DNA from: Anaerolineae bacterium
Lineage (GTDB): Bacteria; Chloroflexota; Anaerolineae; Aggregatilineales; Phototrophicaceae
Direction: 5' to 3'
Length of the DNA: 64,000 nt
Assembly: GCA_034437535.1 (NCBI GenBank)
Contig: DAOTTZ010000029.1
Location: forward strand, 6,367-70,366
Part shown: positions 9,722-17,058 of the stretch, piece after piece
Layout of the letters: every line of letters begins with the position of its first letter
Numbering within the stretch: position 1 is the first letter of the stretch
Translations under genes and position numbers: made by a program
Notes under the pieces: model-generated
The model's database searches: none
Told to the model about the DNA's origin: nothing
Seen by the model: the letters and a program-made list of their open reading frames with translations, nothing else

Positions 9722-10225
9722 CTAGCGCATGTACACGTAGATCGCGCCTTGCCAATCTTTGAAGACACGCTCCAGGTTGCGGCGGGCCTTGTGCCAGTAG
9801 AGCGCACCAATGCCAGAGCCGATGGGCGGCATCGCGATGCTGGTGATGTTATGTTCTTCCATCTGCTCACGCAGGCTCTGGAACGCGCTTTCAATCTGTT
9901 TACCCGATGCCATCGTCATGTACTTGTCTTTTTGCGTCCCCAACACGAAGACCATCATGCCATCACGAGTCTGGTATTGCATGGTCTGCCCCAGTTGGAA
10001 TTCGTTCGCCTCACACCGGCGCAGATATTCCGCGTAGAGATCGGGATATTTGTTGCGAAAGCGAATAGTCAGCTCGGTATTCAGTTCGCCTTCCGGGTGG
10101 CAACCAAAGGCCATCGCCTTGATTTTGCTCGTATCGGCAAACATATCACCGGTTTGATAAGTGATTGGTGTCTTGGGCCGGTTATCATTGCGATTGCGGG
10201 ATCGCCGGCGGCGTTTTTTCCCCAT
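9722..10225 (-). CDS. TARG1/DarG-like macro-domain protein with polybasic N-terminal tail
   Basis: By eye, ITYQTGDMFADTSKIKAMAFGCHPEG...MVFVLGTQKDKY...ITSIAMPPIGSGIGALYWH aligns with TARG1 ITYVKGDLFAC...YYLITKKRASHKPTYE...LSMPRIGCGLDRLQW. The first 20 aa are MGKKRRRRSRNRNDNRPKTP. Confidence 0.65.
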   Translation of the reverse strand: MGKKRRRRSRNRNDNRPKTPITYQTGDMFADTSKIKAMAFGCHPEGELNTELTIRFRNKYPDLYAEYLRRCEANEFQLGQTMQYQTRDGMMVFVLGTQKDKYMTMASGKQIESAFQSLREQMEEHNITSIAMPPIGSGIGALYWHKARRNLERVFKDWQGAIYVYMR

Positions 10226-10279
10226 ATCTATGTCTCCATTGTGCTATGCAGTCAGCCCCCATTATATACCGGCTTTGCA

Positions 10280-11710
10280 CTATTTGAGCAGGTAGGTCGA
10301 GACCTGGCCCTTGCCCTTCACCTCGACCGAATCGCGTGGTTCGAACTCGAATTGATCTTTGACTCGTTCATAAGTGGCTTGCGTCACCTGGATGCGGCCA
10401 GCGACGCCGGTCGTCTCCATCCGGCTGGCCGTGTTGACCGTATCGCCCCAGATGTCGTACATACGCTTGGTAGAGCCGATCACCCCGGCGATGACCGGCC
10501 CGGTGTTGATGCCGATGCGCAATTGCAGGTTATAATCACTCGTCTCGTTAAAGCTACGCACCGCTTTGAGCATGGCCTGGGCCATCCGCATGACAGCGTC
10601 AGGATGATGAGCCGATGAGCGCGGGATGCCACCTACCGCCATGTAAGAGTCGCCAATCGTCTTGATCTTTTCCACGTTATGCTGTTCGCTGATGTCATCG
10701 AACATCGAGAAGATCTTGTTCAACATCTGGATCAGATGATCGGGCGGCATGGTATCGACCAGCCGGGTGAAGCCGACCAGATCGGCAAATAGTACCGTCG
10801 CATCATCGAAGCTATCCGCGATCTGGGTTTCCCCTGCTTTGAGTCGATCCGCAATCGGTGCGGGGAGCATGTTCAACAACAAGACCTCGGATTTCGCGTG
10901 GGCTTCTTGCAACGCCAATTCAAGCTGTTTACGTTGGGTAATATCCTGGATGCTGACCGCCGCGAAGCTATGATCTTCCACGCTGATGTCTCCAAAGGGG
11001 TTAATCGGCTGGTATTGCACCGAGAAATGATGGCCGCGTTGCGCGTCTTTGCCTTCCCACTCGAATTCTAACCCCCTGGCAAGCTGATGCTTCGCGTTCG
11101 GCCAGATGCTCCGCATCTGTGCGGCGAAATCCGGGTAGATGTTCCCCAGGAGATCCGCCAGCGATTGATCGTGAGCATCGGACTGCCAGGTGAGGCCCCA
11201 CAATTCGATGGTGGCATTGGCCCGGATCACACGGCCTTCGTGGTTAATCAGGCAGATCAACTGTGAGATGCTATCGGTCGTCGCTTCCCATTCTTGCTTG
11301 GCCCGTTCCAGGTATAAGGACCGGTCTCGCAGGCGATTCTCCAACTTGACCACCCGCTGGCCGATGGCGATCCGCGCCCGCAATTCCGCCGCGTTGATCG
11401 GTTTCTTCATGTAATCATCCGCGCCCGCATCCAGCCCGTCCAGCACATCGCTCGCCTCACTTTTAGCCGTCACCATAATGATGTAACGGTAAGGCTCTGC
11501 GAAGTGTTCGCGCACATGCCGCACCAAGTCAATGCCGGGACGTTCGGGCATCATCCAATCGACAACCAACATCTGGATGGTTTCCGTTTCCAACATGCCG
11601 ATTGCTTCATCAACCCCACGTGCATGGACGGCCTCGTACCCGGAGATGCTTAAAATTTCCAACAACATGCGGGCATTCAGTTCATCATCTTCGACGAGCA
11701 ATATTTTCAT
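10280..11710 (-). CDS. response-regulator receiver-PAS-class III adenylate/guanylate cyclase
   Basis: N-terminal MKILLVEDDELNARML...LVVDWMMP receiver, central PAS-like region, C-terminal CHD (FADLVGFTRL...KIKTIGDSYMAVGG...GDTVNTASRME). Confidence 0.85.
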   Translation of the reverse strand: MKILLVEDDELNARMLLEILSISGYEAVHARGVDEAIGMLETETIQMLVVDWMMPERPGIDLVRHVREHFAEPYRYIIMVTAKSEASDVLDGLDAGADDYMKKPINAAELRARIAIGQRVVKLENRLRDRSLYLERAKQEWEATTDSISQLICLINHEGRVIRANATIELWGLTWQSDAHDQSLADLLGNIYPDFAAQMRSIWPNAKHQLARGLEFEWEGKDAQRGHHFSVQYQPINPFGDISVEDHSFAAVSIQDITQRKQLELALQEAHAKSEVLLLNMLPAPIADRLKAGETQIADSFDDATVLFADLVGFTRLVDTMPPDHLIQMLNKIFSMFDDISEQHNVEKIKTIGDSYMAVGGIPRSSAHHPDAVMRMAQAMLKAVRSFNETSDYNLQLRIGINTGPVIAGVIGSTKRMYDIWGDTVNTASRMETTGVAGRIQVTQATYERVKDQFEFEPRDSVEVKGKGQVSTYLLK

Positions 11711-11785
11711 CTGTTTTTTTATCGCTTAATCGCATCAATCAGGTCATTTTATCACGGTTGAGACCGCGCAAATCCGAAATTTTTC

Positions 11786-11822
11786 TAACAAAAAGACACC
11801 CTCAGCCTTAGAGGGTGTCTTT
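11786..11822 (-). terminator. rho-independent terminator downstream of the flavoprotein gene
   Basis: GACACCCTC-(7 nt)-GAGGGTGTC, followed on the minus strand by CTTTTTGTT. Confidence 0.65.
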
Positions 11823-11848
11823 GATCGTTACTGGTTGATCGTAACCCG

Positions 11849-13597
11849 TTATTCTAGCAGACGCCCGGCGACTTCCAGTTCTTCATTGTCTAGCCACGCC
11901 TGGAGTTCTTGCGGGATCGGGTGGGCATCTCGCCGGGAGAGGGTTAGCTCACCGCTTTGCGCGTCCAGCCGGGTGATGAAGTTGACCTTGAGCGCGTCGT
12001 CCATCTCCGGGAAGTCATCGCGGTTGTGGGCACCGCGTGTCTCGCGCCGTTCCAGCGCACCCAGCACCGTAGATTCTGCGGAGAGCAAGGACGAACGCAG
12101 ATCCAGCGCAATCGCAAGATCCTGATACCCTTCGGAAGTCGGGCGGACATCCGCGTTTGCGCTCCGTTCGCGCAGGGTAGCAATATCAACCAACGCCTGC
12201 TTGAGCTTATCCTCCGAACGGACGACGCCGCAGTTATCCCACATGACGTTACGCAGTTCACGTTGCATCGGGCGTACCATCTCGTCCCCGGCCTGCATGA
12301 TCGCGTTCAGGTCGTCATGAGCTTCGCGGATGGCGGCGTTACTGCGGTATTGCACTTCGAGATTCTTGGAGAAATCCGCCGCCGCTGTGCCGGTGCGCAT
12401 ACCAAATACCAGGATCTCCGCCAGTGAATTACCGCCCAGGCGGTTGGCCCCGTGCAGACCGCTGGTCACCTCCCCGGCGGCATACAAGCCTTCGATGCTG
12501 GTGGCGTGGGTTTCAGCATCGACGACAACACCGCCCATGCTGTAGTGGGCAGTCGGTGCGACTTCCATCGCGTCCTGGCTGATGTCGAGCATCTGTGTTT
12601 CCAGGAATTGCCGGTACATACGCGGCAGCTTTTCCAGGATGAAGTCTTTGTCACGGTGGCTGATGTCCAGGAAGATCCCACCGTTCGGTCCGCCGCGTCC
12701 TTCTTGGATTTCGGTATAATTCGCCAACGCGACTCGGTCACGGGTGGAAAGCTCCATGCGCTCCGGGTCATACTTGGACATAAAGCGGTCACCCGCACTG
12801 TTGAGCAGGTGACCGCCTTCCCCGCGCACGGCTTCCGTAACCAGGGTGCCGGCCATCTGCTCCGGGTAGACCATGCCGGTCGGGTGGAATTGCACCAGTT
12901 CCATATCGGCCAGTTCTGCCCCGGCCTGGAGCGCAAGGTACATCCCATCGCCGGTGTTTTCATCCCTGCGGGATGAACTGCGCCGCCACAGGCGCGTATG
13001 CCCGCCCGTCGCCAGGATCACGGCATCGGCCAGGTACACGGTGCGCTGGCCGCTCATGATGTCGAAGGACATCGCGCCGAAGCACTTACCGTTGCTCACC
13101 AGCAAGCGTGATACATATTGATGCTCGTGGATGTCGATGCCTAATTCCTCGACCTTATCCGCCAGCGTGTACAGGATGGCCCGCCCGGTATAATCTCCGG
13201 CGTAGCAGGTTCGGCGGTACTTGTGCGCCCCGAAGAACCGCTGGTCGATCTGGCCGTCTTCGGTGCGGGCAAATTCACAGCCCCAATCGGCCAATTCTTG
13301 CACCCGGTCGGGGGCTTCCTGCGTCATGATCTCGACAATGCGCGGTTCAGAGAGGAAATATCCCTCTTTCATGGTATCCACGAAGTGCTGTTGCCAGGTG
13401 TCTTGTGGATCTCGTGATCCAAATACGGCGTTGACGCCGCCTGCCGCCAGCACGGTATGCGCGTCTTTCTTCAGCCGCTTGCCGACCACGACGACATCAC
13501 TCCCAGCCTGATGCGCGGCAATGGCCGAACGCAAACCCGCCCCACCAGATCCAATCACCAGCACATTTGAAATATGGGTTCTGTGTTCAAAGGTCAT
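11849..13597 (-). CDS. succinate dehydrogenase/fumarate reductase flavoprotein-family protein (SdhA/FrdA/NadB-like)
   Basis: VLVIGSGGAGLRSAIAA FAD motif, DAHTVLAAGG (covalent-FAD His context), HYSMGGV, RETRGAHNRDDFP. GGAGTGA SD upstream. No SdhB/SdhC genes adjacent. Confidence 0.8.
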   Translation of the reverse strand: MTFEHRTHISNVLVIGSGGAGLRSAIAAHQAGSDVVVVGKRLKKDAHTVLAAGGVNAVFGSRDPQDTWQQHFVDTMKEGYFLSEPRIVEIMTQEAPDRVQELADWGCEFARTEDGQIDQRFFGAHKYRRTCYAGDYTGRAILYTLADKVEELGIDIHEHQYVSRLLVSNGKCFGAMSFDIMSGQRTVYLADAVILATGGHTRLWRRSSSRRDENTGDGMYLALQAGAELADMELVQFHPTGMVYPEQMAGTLVTEAVRGEGGHLLNSAGDRFMSKYDPERMELSTRDRVALANYTEIQEGRGGPNGGIFLDISHRDKDFILEKLPRMYRQFLETQMLDISQDAMEVAPTAHYSMGGVVVDAETHATSIEGLYAAGEVTSGLHGANRLGGNSLAEILVFGMRTGTAAADFSKNLEVQYRSNAAIREAHDDLNAIMQAGDEMVRPMQRELRNVMWDNCGVVRSEDKLKQALVDIATLRERSANADVRPTSEGYQDLAIALDLRSSLLSAESTVLGALERRETRGAHNRDDFPEMDDALKVNFITRLDAQSGELTLSRRDAHPIPQELQAWLDNEELEVAGRLLE

Positions 13598-13799
13598 CTT
13601 AAAATTATCACTCCTGGGTCGATTTATTCCAACAAATTGAACCCCATCCTTTGTGAATAATATAACGATCAGCCATGAGAGAAGGCTAAACAGGCGATAA
13701 TAACTCGTTTATGACTCGATGACAGATGCCGGGCAGGAATCAAAAAGCGCGCCATTATCGGCACAGCTTAACGTTGCAGTCTTGCGTTCGATAAATACA

Positions 13800-14201
13800 T
13801 CATTCCGCAGAACGATCTGTCTCTATAAGTTGAAGCGCATCCTCGATAGACGACACAAGACGGAAAGACGAGCGTGCTTCCGCAGATAGTTTGAAAGCAA
13901 TGTTAGCCATTGAGCGCAGTAACGCATTACTTGCAACAATAACTATCAACTTGACCCTGGGATGCTTGTTTTGAATAACAGACCTTGCATGTCCGAAAGG
14001 GGAACCCTTAGGCAAGATAGAAGCAGACTGATCCGCAATAAAATCAACCCGCGCCGTATTTTCAGAATCAACAAGCGCATGTACCTGCTCACGTATCATG
14101 TAAAAGTCATCCCAAGTCCAATCTATAGGATACTTCGCATAAACAATATCATGGCTTTCATTGACCCAGTGAACGTTATATATATTCTCTAGCTTATCCA
14201 T
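13800..14201 (-). CDS. hypothetical protein (133 aa) in a low-GC islet; possible STAS-like fold
   Basis: Local GC ~43% versus ~60% in flanks. GGGGGTAAA RBS. The C-terminus (FRLVSSIEDALQLIE) resembles STAS/anti-sigma-antagonist ends; fold is inferred only. Confidence 0.5.
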   Translation of the reverse strand: MDKLENIYNVHWVNESHDIVYAKYPIDWTWDDFYMIREQVHALVDSENTARVDFIADQSASILPKGSPFGHARSVIQNKHPRVKLIVIVASNALLRSMANIAFKLSAEARSSFRLVSSIEDALQLIETDRSAE

Positions 14202-14377
14202 TTTACCCCCACAACAATTTGCAACTTTTCGAACATGAGCAGGTCAGGATGGAAGCGAAAAATCGCACCGCTAACAGCACGCTTTCTCGGTTGATCGCGT
14301 TATCTATTCGCCGTCAGTATCCGCTTCGTCTTCCGGCGGCATTGGCTCCAGCGGGAGCGGTACAGCTCCCGGCAGGC

Positions 14378-14584
14378 TCAGGTGACACTCTGCTCAAACG
14401 GATTGTAGAAATGGCGTCCCGGCCCGATTGAGTCAGCTAAGATACCGTCATTGATGTTGAACAGCACGCCGACGTCAAACGGTTGCAGGATGACTTCTTC
14501 TTGCCGTTCGTCCCCGCCATCATCCTGGGCGACCACCGGCAGAGCCATCAACCCCAGCAAAAGTAGAATCAGAACACGTCGCAT
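14378..14584 (-). CDS. small secreted protein (68 aa precursor)
   Basis: ATG 14584 preceded by AGGAGA SD. Signal peptide MRRVLILLLLGLMALPVVAQ. Acidic mature peptide of ~47 aa. Confidence 0.5.
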   Translation of the reverse strand: MRRVLILLLLGLMALPVVAQDDGGDERQEEVILQPFDVGVLFNINDGILADSIGPGRHFYNPFEQSVT

Positions 14585-14733
14585 GCACAAAATCTCCTGT
14601 TTGATCAACACCTGATTTCAGTCTATCAGATTATGGGCGACATGCTGACGAAAAACAGAAAAAATGCCGAACCGAGCAACAACAAGAAAAACACGATTGA
14701 TGCTTGCACTTCTTTCTCCTTAGAGACTACACA

Positions 14734-15351
14734 TCACTTACGCCGCTTTTCAACAAATGCCAGGAACGGAGACGCCAGATCGTCGGCACTCGGCATCCCG
14801 CGTGAGAGGGCAACCTTGTTCGCTTCCTCAAAATCGGTATGCAAGCGCGTCATCTCTTTGATCTGGCGCGGGGCCGGTTCATGCCGGAACTGAGTCACTA
14901 GGATGGTATATAATCCTGCCGCCAGCACCAACCATTGCTTGTCACCCAATTTCTTGACAGTCGGCTCAACATGACGCCCCCGGCTAACATCGCCCGACAT
15001 ATCGTTGAGCAACGGGCCGATAGTCGCAATCGGCACATCCGGGTTGCCCAGTGTCTCGACGATGGTGCCACTCTTGGTGTGGTAGATCATCAAACCGACG
15101 GCCTTGCCCTGCAAGGCAGAGCGCATCGCGATGGTAGTGGTACCATCGCCGGAGACGAGATCCAGTTCACCTGAATCGCCGGAGGCTACAGCCAGGTTTG
15201 CAATCGTCAGTTGATCGGTATAGCGGGTATAAATAGCCTGGAATTGCTCCCGGCTGATCTGCCCGGATGCGAATTCCTGCACAGTGCGATTCAGCTTTTG
15301 CATGATCGTATCACGAAAAGCCCGGGCCTTTTCTTGTGCGTCTGTAGACAT
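14734..15351 (-). CDS. Roadblock/LC7 (MglB-like) domain protein with N-terminal helical extension
   Basis: 205 aa. Helical N-terminus, then TTTIAMRSALQGKAVGLMIYHTKSGTIVETLG...WLVLAAGLYTILVTQFRHEPAPRQI, consistent with a roadblock alpha/beta fold (inferred). Confidence 0.5.
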   Translation of the reverse strand: MSTDAQEKARAFRDTIMQKLNRTVQEFASGQISREQFQAIYTRYTDQLTIANLAVASGDSGELDLVSGDGTTTIAMRSALQGKAVGLMIYHTKSGTIVETLGNPDVPIATIGPLLNDMSGDVSRGRHVEPTVKKLGDKQWLVLAAGLYTILVTQFRHEPAPRQIKEMTRLHTDFEEANKVALSRGMPSADDLASPFLAFVEKRRK

Positions 15352-15431
15352 CCGTGTTTAGCTCCATGAAAACTTTTGATCGTTATACTCAAAGCATAAC
15401 ATAAGATTGAACAAACGAATGATGAACGTTT

Positions 15432-16046
15432 CTATTTTTGATAGCGTTTGCGGACGAAAACCAGAAACGGGAAGCCGAGGTCATCCGGGTTGATGCGGTC
15501 TGCCTGGAGCTTGCCAAAATTAGCCTGTTCGAAATCATGCTGAAGCCGCTCTAACTCACGGATTTGTGCCGGAGCGGGTTCATGCGCGAACAGCACGACC
15601 GTTGTCGTATATTTGCCCGGCAAGAAGACCAACCAGCGATCTTTTTCGATCTTTTCCATGCGCTGGTCTACCAATTTACGGGCCAGCATCTGCATACTGA
15701 TGTCTTCCAGTGCTGGTTGAATCAATTGAATCGGGATCTCAAAATCGCCCAGTAATTCCAGCACTGTCTCGGCCTTATTGTGGTAGACGATCAACCCCAG
15801 GGCGCGGCCCATATGGGCGTCACGGATGGCGATAGTCGGCGGGCCACCAGCGGCGATCTGCACCGCATCCGGGTTACCACTCATCAGCGCATAATCTGCG
15901 ATCTTCAACCGGTCGTTATAGCGTTTATACAAGACGTGGAATTGCTCTCGGCTGATGTTGCCTTCGGCAAAGTCATTGACCAGGCCCTGAATCTTGGCCT
16001 CAACCGCGTCTTTGAATTCCTGTGCTTTTTGTTTGGGGTCAGTCAA
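15432..16046 (-). CDS. Roadblock/LC7 (MglB-like) domain protein, tandem paralog
   Basis: 204 aa, ~35-40% identical to the downstream paralog over the full length (HEPAPAQIRELERLQHDFEQAN). TTG start with GGAGGA SD 9 nt upstream. Confidence 0.5.
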   Translation of the reverse strand: MTDPKQKAQEFKDAVEAKIQGLVNDFAEGNISREQFHVLYKRYNDRLKIADYALMSGNPDAVQIAAGGPPTIAIRDAHMGRALGLIVYHNKAETVLELLGDFEIPIQLIQPALEDISMQMLARKLVDQRMEKIEKDRWLVFLPGKYTTTVVLFAHEPAPAQIRELERLQHDFEQANFGKLQADRINPDDLGFPFLVFVRKRYQK

Positions 16047-16100
16047 TGCGGGGTCCTCCAGGTGGGGCGGCGATGCATGCCATGCCAGCCGCCCGCGACC

Positions 16101-16301
16101 TTATATGACGCCCAACACAGCCAGCCCGGCGACGATGATCGCAATCACGCCGATGAAGGCCAGCACATAGAGGATGTTTTGTTGCCAGCCAGGGAGCGGC
16201 GCGTTGGATTTTTCGACCTGGTAGGTCTCCATCGTGTTGTGGCTCTTGTTCTCCCGCTGGCTCCGGTGTTGCTGGACGATACGATTGGGATCATTGCTCA
16301 T
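16101..16301 (-). CDS. small single-pass membrane protein (66 aa)
   Basis: C-terminal TM helix ILYVLAFIGVIAIIVAGLAVLGVI. GAGGG RBS. Same strand and cluster as the roadblock paralogs. Confidence 0.4.
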   Translation of the reverse strand: MSNDPNRIVQQHRSQRENKSHNTMETYQVEKSNAPLPGWQQNILYVLAFIGVIAIIVAGLAVLGVI

Positions 16302-16360
16302 GATGGTATTCCCTCAAAATTTAGACAATCATTGTTTCCAATACTCTTTTGCATTATAGC

Positions 16361-16918
16361 TCATCTGGCGCGGTTATCGTACAGGACACCGCCGATCATC
16401 ATCAACACGATCAATCCCCCCATCAGCCACCACCAGATTTGATATTGAATTTCGATGGTCGTGGTCTCCCCCTGCGCGGTGAGCAAGTCATTGACTTCGG
16501 ATAAATCACCCTGTAGATCCAGCGCGTATAAGACCATCACCAACAAGGCCCCGGTCGCACTGCCCACATATAATCCCTTCAGCAGTTGGTCGCTGATGAA
16601 GACGACGGCCATTGCAAACAGCACAAAGGCCGGGATCAACACGACTTCAAAATCCCCCGTGACTTGTTCCGATGTCTCATCGACTTCGCCGCCGACGGCC
16701 CCGGCGGCTAATCCAGTCGGTTGAATTTCGCCCATCATCAGGTTAAAGCCGGAGGCTTCCGCAAAAGCACCACCACCGGTCATGGTGAAGGTCATCCCGC
16801 TCTCCGCATCGACGTTTTCGGTGGATGAGCCACAAGAGAACGCCACCCAGGGCAGGAAGAACAACGCGACAATCAATATTGGCGGTACACCCAGCATTGA
16901 CTTCGGAAACTTCAGCAT
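16361..16918 (-). CDS. membrane protein with signal-anchor, unknown function
   Basis: ATG 16918 (MLKFPKSMLGVPPILIVALFFLPWVAFSCG) after GAGGGTGA SD. Gly-rich central region, two C-terminal TM helices. Confidence 0.5.
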   Translation of the reverse strand: MLKFPKSMLGVPPILIVALFFLPWVAFSCGSSTENVDAESGMTFTMTGGGAFAEASGFNLMMGEIQPTGLAAGAVGGEVDETSEQVTGDFEVVLIPAFVLFAMAVVFISDQLLKGLYVGSATGALLVMVLYALDLQGDLSEVNDLLTAQGETTTIEIQYQIWWWLMGGLIVLMMIGGVLYDNRAR

Positions 16919-17058
16919 GCTTTCACCCTCATTGTGTCTGTTGATGTCTTTAATCCTACCACGAATGCTTCCAAATCGCTGTGTGCCAAATTGGAACAAT
17001 CCGCCAGCCGGTGGCGTCTAAAACACATCAACCCATTGAATAACGAGGTGCAGTTCTG

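Noticed and set aside
9749-10618. 289-aa plus-strand ORF in the track
   Set aside because: Lies entirely antisense to the macro-domain and cyclase genes, which have clear motifs and good RBSs. It has no recognisable motifs and is a typical high-GC shadow ORF.
10226-11848. Possible DarT toxin, cNMP-effector or Pycsar/CBASS-like arrangement around the macro-domain and cyclase genes
   Set aside because: No DUF4433/DarT-like ORF flanks the macro gene. The cyclase has receiver and PAS sensor domains typical of housekeeping signalling. No cNMP-binding, TIR or nuclease effector is adjacent.
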